Shown here: piece after piece, positions 30,481 through 39,445 of the stretch | Layout of the letters: each line of letters opens with the position of its first letter | How positions within the stretch are numbered: position 1 is the first letter of the stretch | From: an uncultured Paraprevotella sp. | Lineage (GTDB): Bacteria > Bacteroidota > Bacteroidia > Bacteroidales > Bacteroidaceae | Reading direction: 5' to 3' | DNA: 64,000 nt | Assembly (NCBI GenBank): GCA_964523985.1 | Contig: CAZGBV010000002.1 | Location: 6-64,005, forward strand | Program-made: the position numbers and the translations under genes | The notes under the pieces: generated by a model | Database searches by the model: none | What the model was told of the DNA's origin: nothing | The model's input: the letters and a program-made list of their open reading frames with translations, nothing else

Positions 30481-31740
30481 CTATGCCCCGCATTCCTCAT
30501 ATTTTTCGAAGAGGAAGTCGTTGTAGGGGTACTTCCGCACGTGGAGTTCACGCACCTTGTCGTACAAGGCCGCCTTCAACGCCTCCATATTGGTCTTCTC
30601 GCGAGCCGAGACGAAGACGCAACCCTCGTCGCGACGCGCCATCCATGTCTTCGTCAGGTCGTCCAGCGGCACGTTGGCCTTCGTGGCCGGTGTCAGGTCG
30701 TCCGCATCTTTTTCCACCCAGCGGTAAGCGTCCGTCTTGTTGAACACTATCATGCAAGGCTTTCCCCCGCAACCCAGGTCGCACAGGGTCTTCTCCACCA
30801 CCTGTATCTGTTCCTCGAAACCGGGATGGGCGATGTCCACCACGTGCAGCAACAAGTCGGCCTCGCGCACCTCGTCCAGCGTGCTCTTGAAGGAGTCCAC
30901 CAGATCGGTGGGCAATTTGCGGATGAAGCCCACCGTGTCGCACAGCAGGAAAGGCAAGTTGTCGATGATGACCTTGCGTACCGTCGTGTCGAGCGTGGCG
31001 AACAGCTTGTTCTCGGCGAACACCTCGCTTTTCGAGAGCACGTTCATCAGCGTGCTCTTCCCCACGTTGGTGTAGCCCACCAAGGCCACCCGTATCATGC
31101 GCCCGCGGTTGCCCCGTTGCGTCTTCTTCTGCCGGTCTATGTCCGCCAGACGTTGTTTCAGGAGTGCCATACGGTTCAGGATGATGCGGCGGTCTGTTTC
31201 GAGTTGTGTCTCGCCCGGCCCGCGCAAGCCCACGGAACCTTTCCCTCCGCCGGAACCCGAGCCGCCGCCCTGCCGCTCCAAGTGCGTCCACATGCGCTGC
31301 AGGCGGGGCAACATGTAACGGTAGCGTGCCAGCTCCACTTGCGTCTTGGCGTTGGCCGTCCGGGCGCGCATCGCGAAGATGTCGAGGATTAACGACGTGC
31401 GGTCTAACACCTTGACTTGCAGTTCCTTTTCTATATTGCGCAACTGCTTGGCGGAAAGCTCGTCGTCGAAAACCGCCATGTCGATTTCGCGTTCCGCCTC
31501 TGCCTCCGCCTCTATATACGCGCGGATTTCCTCCAATTTCCCGATGCCCACGTACGTCACGGAGTTAGGGCCGTTCATCCTCTGCGTGAACCGTTTCACC
31601 GCCACGGCACCGGCCGTGTGCGCCAGGAACTCGAGTTCGTCCAGATATTCTTCCGTCTTGCGCTCGTCCTGCGTTTGCGTAACCAGCCCCACCAGAACCG
31701 CCGTCTCGACCCGCGCCTCGGGAGCCACGATTTCTTTCAT
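30481..31740 (-). CDS. hflX: GTPase HflX
   Basis: DRTSLILDIFA, GPGETQLETDRR, VGYTNVGKST, LFATLDTT, DTVGF, FNKTD. Confidence 0.96.
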   Translation of the reverse strand: MKEIVAPEARVETAVLVGLVTQTQDERKTEEYLDELEFLAHTAGAVAVKRFTQRMNGPNSVTYVGIGKLEEIRAYIEAEAEAEREIDMAVFDDELSAKQLRNIEKELQVKVLDRTSLILDIFAMRARTANAKTQVELARYRYMLPRLQRMWTHLERQGGGSGSGGGKGSVGLRGPGETQLETDRRIILNRMALLKQRLADIDRQKKTQRGNRGRMIRVALVGYTNVGKSTLMNVLSKSEVFAENKLFATLDTTVRKVIIDNLPFLLCDTVGFIRKLPTDLVDSFKSTLDEVREADLLLHVVDIAHPGFEEQIQVVEKTLCDLGCGGKPCMIVFNKTDAYRWVEKDADDLTPATKANVPLDDLTKTWMARRDEGCVFVSAREKTNMEALKAALYDKVRELHVRKYPYNDFLFEKYEECGA

Positions 31741-31988
31741 CCGAAAACACTTTCTTTCATTCCGGGGCAAAAGTACATAAAACGCCGTCGGGAAACAAAC
31801 GGAAAGCGAGATTTTTCAACCACTTCCCAACCCGCCTGCCGATATGCTCCCGCATCGGCGGAAAAGGCAAATCCTCCCCTGCCCTCCCGACCGCCACGCG
31901 GGCAACCGCGACGAGACAACCGCACGCGGACGCACCCTTCCCGTACATCCCGGCACGAGCCGCCCCGCTCCGGACGGCAAGGCCTTCG

Positions 31989-32843
31989 TCATCTCACCTG
32001 GATGACCAGATATTTGCTCACGCTCCAGAAAGTTTCGGGCGAAGTGATGTGCAACGCGTATTGGCCTTTGTTGTCCTTCTCCAGCCTGTAAGAGCCGGCC
32101 GGATGGGTGGTCAACAGCTTGGCACTCTTGGAATACAGCTTGATTTCCTTGTCGTAACGGATGTCCACCTTCGTGAAATAATCCTTGTTGAAGTCGTTGC
32201 TCCTCAGCACGTCGCCGTCGCTCAATATCTTCTGCTCCTTCAGCTCTGACTTCGTGCCGAACACGTACCACGCCGCATGAATTTGCTTGTCCTGCTCCGC
32301 CACTGTCTGGCTCTTGGCCTTGTTCTCTTCCGTCAAGGTGTTCACGTTCTCGTTCAGGGAGGTGATGGTCTCGTCTTGCCGGGTTATCACGATATCCTTT
32401 TCGGCCAGTTGCGCCTCCAGTTCCTGCACTTTCTGCTTCTGCTCCTCAAGCTGCGCAGACAAGTCGTCCACCATCTTCTGCAGTTTCTCGCCCCCGATGG
32501 CACTCGCGCGGAGCTTCTCTTTCAACTGGTTGATTTTCTCGCGGTTCTGCGCCATGGCCTCCTGAATGTACTGCATGTTCTCGCTGATGGCCTGCTTGTC
32601 GGTTTCCGACTCCACGTCCCCGTTGTTCACGGTAATGCGTCCCTCGGCCTCGTTAATGCGGCGGAAGCCCTCCTGGACTTCGTTCACGATGCCCATGATT
32701 TCATTCAACTCGGAATCCTTGTCGTTGATGACCTGCATCAGCGAGTCCCGTTCCTCGGCAAAAGCCTTCTCTTTCTTGTCCGCCCCGTTGTTACATGCGG
32801 CCAGAGCCGACGCGCACGCCACACATAAAAAAATCTTTTTCAT
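31989..32843 (-). CDS. Coiled-coil lipoprotein (possibly Cbp1-like adhesin family)
   Basis: Lipobox LAAC, long heptad region, conserved C-terminus WYVFGTKSEL..FWSVSKYLVI; start ATG 32843. Confidence 0.7.
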   Translation of the reverse strand: MKKIFLCVACASALAACNNGADKKEKAFAEERDSLMQVINDKDSELNEIMGIVNEVQEGFRRINEAEGRITVNNGDVESETDKQAISENMQYIQEAMAQNREKINQLKEKLRASAIGGEKLQKMVDDLSAQLEEQKQKVQELEAQLAEKDIVITRQDETITSLNENVNTLTEENKAKSQTVAEQDKQIHAAWYVFGTKSELKEQKILSDGDVLRSNDFNKDYFTKVDIRYDKEIKLYSKSAKLLTTHPAGSYRLEKDNKGQYALHITSPETFWSVSKYLVIQVR

Positions 32844-33565
32844 ACGCTCATATTTTTGTCCATGTTCATGTCGCTTTTCTTGTCCTCCTTCCCTTCGCGC
32901 CCCGCCAACACGATGACGAATTCCCCGCGCGGCTCCGTCTCCCCGAAGCGAGCCAGCACTTCCCCCAGCGTCCCGCGCACACACTCCTCGTGCACCTTGG
33001 AAATCTCGCGGCACACGGCGACCCGGCGTTCCGACCCGAAAACCGCGACGAACTGCGCCAGCGTCCTGGCCAGCCGGCGGGGCGATTCGTAAAACACGAG
33101 TGTCCTGGTTTCCGAAGACAATGCCTGCAAGCGGGCGGCACGCCCCTTCCTGACCGGGAGGAAGCCTTCAAAACAGAAGCGGTCGCAGGGAAGCCCCGAC
33201 GCGACCAAGGCCGGCACGAACGCCGTGGCACCCGGCAGGCAGACCACCTCGGCACCCGCTTCCACGGCTTCGCGCACCACCAGGAATCCGGCATCGGAGA
33301 TGCCCGGGGTACCGGCATCGGACACCACGGCCACCGTCTCGCCCGCACCCAGCCGCCCCACCACTCCGGCCACCGTCCGGTGCTCGTTGAACTTATGGTA
33401 AGACGACATCGCGTTCCTTATCCCGAAATGCTTCATCAGAAGCCCCGTCGTCCGCGTGTCCTCCGCCAGTATCAAATCGGCCTCCTTCAATATGCGCAAG
33501 GCACGATACGTAATATCTTCCAAGTTCCCCACCGGAGTGGGCACCAAATACAGGATTCCCATCAA
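32840..33565 (-). CDS. rsmI: 16S rRNA C1402 2'-O-methyltransferase
   Basis: LYLVPTPVGNLEDIT, AEDTR, VSDAGTPGISD, FYESP, REISKVHEE. Confidence 0.96.
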   Translation of the reverse strand: MMGILYLVPTPVGNLEDITYRALRILKEADLILAEDTRTTGLLMKHFGIRNAMSSYHKFNEHRTVAGVVGRLGAGETVAVVSDAGTPGISDAGFLVVREAVEAGAEVVCLPGATAFVPALVASGLPCDRFCFEGFLPVRKGRAARLQALSSETRTLVFYESPRRLARTLAQFVAVFGSERRVAVCREISKVHEECVRGTLGEVLARFGETEPRGEFVIVLAGREGKEDKKSDMNMDKNMSV

Positions 33566-33811
33566 TCCGTCGCCAGTTTAGGCAAAAGTAAGAATAAAAC
33601 GTCAGCCTTTGCGCCCCTCGCCCCGATATTTAACAGATGTTTGCGAAAAAAACCCGTTTTTGCCCCTCGCCCCGCCCTTGGCCTCCTGTATTTCCGGACA
33701 TGAAACGCTGTCGCCCGCCTCGCCCGGCGAGAAAAAATCCGCGTTCCGTTTGTTTCTGCACTCGCCTTTCGCTAACTTTGTGCCGGATTAAGAGCAAAAA
33801 CGACATCTCAC

Positions 33812-34414
33812 ATGAGCCAGATAACGGAACGTAACGGGGAAATGATGCGCAGGGGGCGGATTGAGGTCATCTGCGGCTCCATGTTCTCCGGCAAGACGGA
33901 GGAACTGATAAGGAGGTTGCGGCGAGCCGAGTTTGCCCGCCAGAGCGTGGAAATATTCAAGCCGTCCATCGACACGCGCTACGCCGAACGCGACGTGGTG
34001 TCGCACGAGGGGAATTCCATCCCCTCCACGCCGGTGGATTCTTCCGCCAGCATCCTGCTGCTCGGTTCGGACATCGAGGTGGTGGGCATCGACGAGGCGC
34101 AATTCTTCGACGAGAACCTGGTTGACGTGTGCAACGAGCTGGCCAACCGCGGGACGCGCGTCATCGTGGCCGGGCTGGACTTGGACTTCAAGGGCGTGCC
34201 TTTCGGCCCCATGCCGGGCTTGTGCGCCGTGGCGGACGAGGTGACCAAGGTGCACGCCATCTGCGTGCGTTGCGGGGCGTTGGCCTACGTGTCCCACCGC
34301 ACGGTGGACGACGAGAAGAGGGTGCTCCTGGGGGAGCAGACGGCATACGAGCCGCTCTGCCGCGCCTGCTACCTGAAAGCGGTGGAAGAAGACAACCTGA
34401 AACGCCAAGGCTGA
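33812..34414 (+). CDS. tdk: Thymidine kinase
   Basis: [30 protein letters not shown]...LCRAC zinc site. Confidence 0.96.
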   Translation: MSQITERNGEMMRRGRIEVICGSMFSGKTEELIRRLRRAEFARQSVEIFKPSIDTRYAERDVVSHEGNSIPSTPVDSSASILLLGSDIEVVGIDEAQFFDENLVDVCNELANRGTRVIVAGLDLDFKGVPFGPMPGLCAVADEVTKVHAICVRCGALAYVSHRTVDDEKRVLLGEQTAYEPLCRACYLKAVEEDNLKRQG

Positions 34415-34427
34415 CCGCCGCCTCGCC

Positions 34428-35645
34428 ATGTTCGAGAAGGAAATAACTTTCGACCGGTTCATCCGCGGGTTGCTCGCCGCAGGGGGGCTGGGGCTGGCCG
34501 TGTATGTCGTGCACCTGCTCAGCTCGGTGCTGTTGCCTTTCTTCATAGCCTGGTTTCTGGCTTACATGACATACCCCATCGTGAAGTTCTTCCAGTACAA
34601 GCTGCGCCTCCGCAACAGAATCCTGTGCATCGCCATCACCTTGCTGCTCATACTGGCGGCCATAGCGGGCTTCTTTTACCTCATCATCCCGCCGACAATG
34701 GCGGAGTTCGTGCGGTTCCGCGACTCGATAGCCGATTTCATCAAGGAGACGGGACACTCCGCCATGGCACGCAACATAGAAAACTTCTTCCAGCAGAACT
34801 TCGACCAGAACGCCTCCATACGGCTGTTGCACGAGAACAACGTGATGGAGGCGTTGAAAGTGGCCGTGGACCAGCTGTGGAACTTGGTTTCGCAGACGTT
34901 CGACATCATCTTCACGCTGCTCAGGTTCTTCATGGTGCTCCTTTACCTCTTCTTCATTCTGGCGGACTACGAGAACTTGTCGGAGAACTGGATAAAGCTC
35001 GTCCCCAAGCGCAGCAGGCACTTCGCCGCCGCGCTGGTGGACGATGTCCAGCACGGGATGAACTCCTACTTCCGCGGGCAGGCGTTGGTGGCCTTCCTGG
35101 TGGGCATACTGTTCAGCATAGGCTTCCTCATCATCGACTTCCCCCTTGCCATAAGCCTCGGCATGTTCATCGGTTTCCTGAACCTCGTGCCTTACATGCA
35201 GGGCATCGGCTTCATCCCCACCGTCCTGCTCGCCATACTGAAAGCCAACGACACGGGGGAGAGCTTCTGGCTCGTCCTGCTCCCCGCCTGCATCGTCTTC
35301 ATCGTCGTGCAAACCATACAGGACACCATCCTCGTTCCCAAAATCATGGGCAAGATGATGGGGCTCCATCCCGCCGTCATCCTGCTGTCGCTGTCGGTGT
35401 GGAGCTACTTGATGGGGCTGATTGGCCTCATCATCGCGCTTCCGCTGACCACGCTCCTGCTTTCCTATTACCGCCGTTTCATAGAACGTGACGAGCGCAG
35501 GATTTCATTGGCCGAGGAAAGGCGGCGCAGACATTTCCGCCCCCTCGCCTCGCCGCCCGTTTCCGCGCCGGACGGGGACGGCGAGGCCGCGGCAGGAAAC
35601 GGGCAAGCACAGGCCCCCGAAGCCGGGGAGGGCGGGAACGACTGA
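34428..35645 (+). CDS. AI-2E family transporter
   Basis: LPFFIAW.AY..P, YFRGQ, NLVPY, PKIMG..MGLHP, ALPL. Confidence 0.9.
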   Translation: MFEKEITFDRFIRGLLAAGGLGLAVYVVHLLSSVLLPFFIAWFLAYMTYPIVKFFQYKLRLRNRILCIAITLLLILAAIAGFFYLIIPPTMAEFVRFRDSIADFIKETGHSAMARNIENFFQQNFDQNASIRLLHENNVMEALKVAVDQLWNLVSQTFDIIFTLLRFFMVLLYLFFILADYENLSENWIKLVPKRSRHFAAALVDDVQHGMNSYFRGQALVAFLVGILFSIGFLIIDFPLAISLGMFIGFLNLVPYMQGIGFIPTVLLAILKANDTGESFWLVLLPACIVFIVVQTIQDTILVPKIMGKMMGLHPAVILLSLSVWSYLMGLIGLIIALPLTTLLLSYYRRFIERDERRISLAEERRRRHFRPLASPPVSAPDGDGEAAAGNGQAQAPEAGEGGND

Positions 35646-35701
35646 ACGAAGCCGACCCGCGGGGGAAAAACGAGCCATCCACGAAAAAAACGGGCAAACC
35701 C

Positions 35702-35732
35702 TTTGCCGTTCCCGGAAAAAGCCCTACCTTTG
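35702..35732 (+). promoter_or_regulatory. Consensus Bacteroidota promoter of tRNA-Lys
   Basis: TTTG-N19-TACCTTTG. Confidence 0.8.
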
Positions 35733-35766
35733 CACCCACTTGCAGGAATGAGGCGCGAGAAGGGTT

Positions 35767-35839
35767 GATTCGTTAGCTCAGCTGGTAGAGCACAACACTT
35801 TTAATGTTGGGGTCTTGGGTTCGAGCCCCAAACGAATCA
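35767..35839 (+). tRNA. tRNA-Lys(TTT)
   Basis: Acceptor GATTCGT/ACGAATC, anticodon arm caaca-ctTTTaa-tgttg, T-arm ttggg-ttcgagc-cccaa; CCA not encoded. Confidence 0.96.
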
Positions 35840-35842
35840 CAA

Positions 35843-35899
35843 GGGCAGGAAGGCGGTTTCCCCCGTCAGGGGGGGGAGAAGTCGCTTTCCTGCCTTTTT
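35843..35899 (+). terminator. Intrinsic terminator after tRNA-Lys
   Basis: ggcaggaag...tttcctgcc stem followed by ttttt. Confidence 0.75.
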
Positions 35900-36175
35900 C
35901 TTTCGACGGCAACGGAGCGGACATGGGGCGAGCTTCTTCCTGCGGTCGCGAACAGGAAATCCCCGTGACGAATGGCACGTACCGCGACAAAATCCTCTCC
36001 GGAGAATGGCAAGGTTCCACGTTTTTTCGTACTTTTGCCCCGGCGATGGGCAAACTTACGGAACCGCCCCCGCCCGCAAACCACCGAGGCGGCACTCCGG
36101 AAAGAGGAGCATGGGGAAGACCGCCGGGGAGGACATCGGACGACGCCTTTACCAAGACATGAATACCGGAACGAC

Positions 36176-39100
36176 ATGAAACCCGCCCTGACTGTTTACA
36201 AGGCTTCGGCCGGCTCGGGCAAGACGTTCACCCTGGCCATACAATACATCAAGATGCTGACAGGGCGGGAAAGTTGCCATACCTACAGCCACATCCTGGC
36301 AGTGACATTCACCAACAAGGCCACGGCAGAAATGAAAGACCGCATCCTCGGCCAGCTTTACGGCATTTGGAAAGGGTTGCCTTCCTCCGCCGGCTACATG
36401 GCCGCCCTCGGGGAAGAACTCCGGGTCGACGGCGAAGATCTCCCGGAAGAGGAAATCCGCCGCCGCGCCGGAACGGCCCTGCTCCTCATCCTGCACGACT
36501 ACGACCGCTTCCGGGTGGAGACCATAGACTCTTTCTTCCAGTCGGTGATGAGGAACTTGGCGCACGAACTGGGCCTCACGGCCGACCTCAGGCCGGACTT
36601 GAACGACAAAGAGGTGCTCGGCGCGGCCGTAGACCGCATCATGGAACGCCTGCACCTCATGCCCGCCGTCCTGGACTGGATACTGGAATACGTGGAGGAA
36701 CGCATCGCGAACAACGAGCGGTGGGATGTCGCGCGCGAAATAAAAGACTTCGCCTCGTGCATCTTCAAGGAAGCCTACCTCGCCCGGGAGGACGGACTGC
36801 GCGAGGCCTTGCGCGAGAAAGGGCGCGTCGGCAAGCTCCGATCCGCGCTAAACTATGAGAAAGAGGAAGCCCTGGACATCGTGCAGAGTGCGGCGGCCAA
36901 CTTCCGCGCGGAGCTGGAGGCACGGAGCCTCGGATGCGGGGACTTCTGCCGGGGAGGCACGATAGACACCTACCTGCGGAACCTCGAGAACGGAAAAATC
37001 GATGCCGATTTCTGCAAGACGCTGCAAGGCTTCACGGAAAACCCGGAGACGATGCTCCGCAAGGGCGACCGCTCCACGCCGCCGCTGGTGGAAGCCGCCG
37101 ACCACTTCAGCTCGCTGCTGGCCGATCTGCGCCGTTTCCAGACCGAGAACGTCGTGCGCCACAACAGCGCGGTGCTGGCATTGAAGCACCTCAACCCCCT
37201 GCGGCTGCTGGATGTCATCGACGAGGAGGTGGCGGCTCTTGACGGCGAAAGCAACTGTTTCCGGCTGGCAAAGACCCCCGTCCTGCTCCACGAACTGATA
37301 GACGAAAACGACACCCCGTTCATCCTCGAGAAGATGGGCGCGTTTTTCCGGCACGTGATGATAGACGAGTTTCAGGACACCTCCGCCATGCAGTGGAAAA
37401 ACTTCAAGATACTGCTGAAAGAGTGCATGGCCTCCGGCAACGGGAACCTGATAGTGGGCGACGTGAAGCAGAGCATCTACCGCTTCCGGAACGGCGACTG
37501 GACTATACTGAAGGACATCGAGCGCGAAATGGGGCCGCAACGCCCCGAGATACGGAACCTGTCCGTCAACTTCCGGAGCGCGTGCCGCATCGTCGCCTTC
37601 AACAACGCCCTGTTCGCGGCCGCCGCCAGGGAACTGGACAGGCTCGCCCCGGAGGCCTCCGTCCGGCTGACCGACATATACGCCGACGTGGAACAGCAAT
37701 GCCCGCCGGGCAAGGGGGACGGCGGATACGTGCGAATCCGCTTCTTCGACAAGAACGACAAGGGGAACGACGCGGAAGACCAAATGCTGGACGACCTCTG
37801 CGGACAGGTGCGCGCCCTGCACGAGGCGGGGCTACCCTACGGGAAGATGACCATCCTCCTGCGCCACCGCAAACACATCGCCCCCATCGTCCGACGCTTC
37901 GCCGAACATTTCGGCGACGAGATGAAGCCGGTGTCGGACGAAGCCTTCCTCCTCTCCGGCTCGCCGTGCGTAAACATACTCGTCGCCGCCATGCGCTACA
38001 TGGCAGACGCTGACGACCGTGTGTCGCTGGCTTTCCTGGCTCTGCATGGGGGGAAGGCAGCGGATGCCGACGCGGAAATCGGCGTGAACATACTGGCCGC
38101 ACGGTCGCTCGAGGATTCCTTGCCCGACACCTTCGTGCGACGCATAGAGGAACTGCGGAACCTGCCGCTTTACGAACTTCAGGAAGAGCTGTACAGGATA
38201 TTCGACCTGGGACGCTTCCACGGCGAAGACGCTTACCTGCTCGACTACCTCGACCGCGTGACCGCTTACGTGCAGGAAAACCCTTCCGACATCCGTTCTT
38301 TCCTAAACTACTGGGACGAAACGCTCTCCGCCGCGTCTATCCCGTCGGGGGAGGTGGACGGCATACGAATCCTCACCGTGCACCAGTCCAAGGGACTGCA
38401 GTTCCACACGGTGTTCGTGCCTTACTGCGACTGGCCCATCGAGCGTGACATGCAAGGGAACAGGAACAGCGACCTGCTGTGGTGCGAGACGCACGAGCCG
38501 CCCTACGACGGCCTGCCCGTCATCCCCGTCACCGCCGGAGCCGCCATGCGCAACTCCGTGTTCCGCCGGGAATACGAGAAGGAACACCTGCAACGACGGG
38601 TGGACGAGCTGAACGCGCTCTACGTGACGTTCACCCGCGCCGCGGAGAACCTGTTCGTATGGTGCCGCACCCGCTACGCCATGGCCGAGAACAGCACGAC
38701 GGGCGACCTGGTTTACAGCGCATTGCCGTGCACGCCGGACGCGGGCGAAACGACGGAAGGGGAAAACGGCAAGACATCGCTCTTCACTTGCGGCGAACCC
38801 GTGGCGGCATACTCCTCCGGCTGCGGAATTTCCGACAACCGAATGGAAACCAGCTACCGTCCGGAAACGGTGGCCATGCGCTCCTACGAGGCACGCATCG
38901 ACTTCTGCCCGTCGGTCCGCGCGAGAGAGTTTCTGGACGCATTCTCCGACACGGACGAGGAAAAACCTTCAAGAGAGGACAAAAGGCGCACGGGCATACT
39001 CATGCACAAGATTTTCTCCACCATCCGCACCCGCGACGACGTGGAAAAGGCACTCCTCGCCTTGGAGACCGAAGGCCGTACCGGCACGCGAGCCGAGACG

Positions 39101-39433
39101 GACGCGATCAAGCGGCAGGTGGCGGACGCGCTCCGGACACCCGAGGCGGCACGATGGTTCGACGGCACGATGAAGCCATACAACGAATGCCCTATCCTGA
39201 CGCGCGAGTATCATGAGGACACGGGCAGATACGACATCTACCGCCCCGACCGGGTCATGTTCGGGAAAGAAGAAACCATCGTGGTGGACTTCAAGTTCGG
39301 CAACCCGCGCGACGAATACCGCGACCAGATAGGCGGATACATGAAACAGCTCCGCCTGATGGAACCGAGCCGTCACGTGAGGGGCTACCTGTGGTACATT
39401 CCCGACAACCGGATTGAAGAAGTAAAAGCCTAA
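36176..39433 (+). CDS. addA: UvrD-type helicase/nuclease (AddA-like)
   Basis: ASAGSGKT, AVTFTNKAT, IDEFQDTS, VGDVKQSIYRFR, TVHQSKGLQF, YVTFTRA, C-terminal RPDR..VVDFK nuclease; start ATG 36176. Confidence 0.88.
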   Translation: MKPALTVYKASAGSGKTFTLAIQYIKMLTGRESCHTYSHILAVTFTNKATAEMKDRILGQLYGIWKGLPSSAGYMAALGEELRVDGEDLPEEEIRRRAGTALLLILHDYDRFRVETIDSFFQSVMRNLAHELGLTADLRPDLNDKEVLGAAVDRIMERLHLMPAVLDWILEYVEERIANNERWDVAREIKDFASCIFKEAYLAREDGLREALREKGRVGKLRSALNYEKEEALDIVQSAAANFRAELEARSLGCGDFCRGGTIDTYLRNLENGKIDADFCKTLQGFTENPETMLRKGDRSTPPLVEAADHFSSLLADLRRFQTENVVRHNSAVLALKHLNPLRLLDVIDEEVAALDGESNCFRLAKTPVLLHELIDENDTPFILEKMGAFFRHVMIDEFQDTSAMQWKNFKILLKECMASGNGNLIVGDVKQSIYRFRNGDWTILKDIEREMGPQRPEIRNLSVNFRSACRIVAFNNALFAAAARELDRLAPEASVRLTDIYADVEQQCPPGKGDGGYVRIRFFDKNDKGNDAEDQMLDDLCGQVRALHEAGLPYGKMTILLRHRKHIAPIVRRFAEHFGDEMKPVSDEAFLLSGSPCVNILVAAMRYMADADDRVSLAFLALHGGKAADADAEIGVNILAARSLEDSLPDTFVRRIEELRNLPLYELQEELYRIFDLGRFHGEDAYLLDYLDRVTAYVQENPSDIRSFLNYWDETLSAASIPSGEVDGIRILTVHQSKGLQFHTVFVPYCDWPIERDMQGNRNSDLLWCETHEPPYDGLPVIPVTAGAAMRNSVFRREYEKEHLQRRVDELNALYVTFTRAAENLFVWCRTRYAMAENSTTGDLVYSALPCTPDAGETTEGENGKTSLFTCGEPVAAYSSGCGISDNRMETSYRPETVAMRSYEARIDFCPSVRAREFLDAFSDTDEEKPSREDKRRTGILMHKIFSTIRTRDDVEKALLALETEGRTGTRAETDAIKRQVADALRTPEAARWFDGTMKPYNECPILTREYHEDTGRYDIYRPDRVMFGKEETIVVDFKFGNPRDEYRDQIGGYMKQLRLMEPSRHVRGYLWYIPDNRIEEVKA

Positions 39434-39445
39434 GACATTCCCCTT

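Noticed and set aside
35767-35839. tRNA-Lys(UUU), the known AriB substrate, in the same window as the PARIS-like pair
   Set aside because: It is ~25 kb away and an ordinary core tRNA; there is no evidence of linkage.
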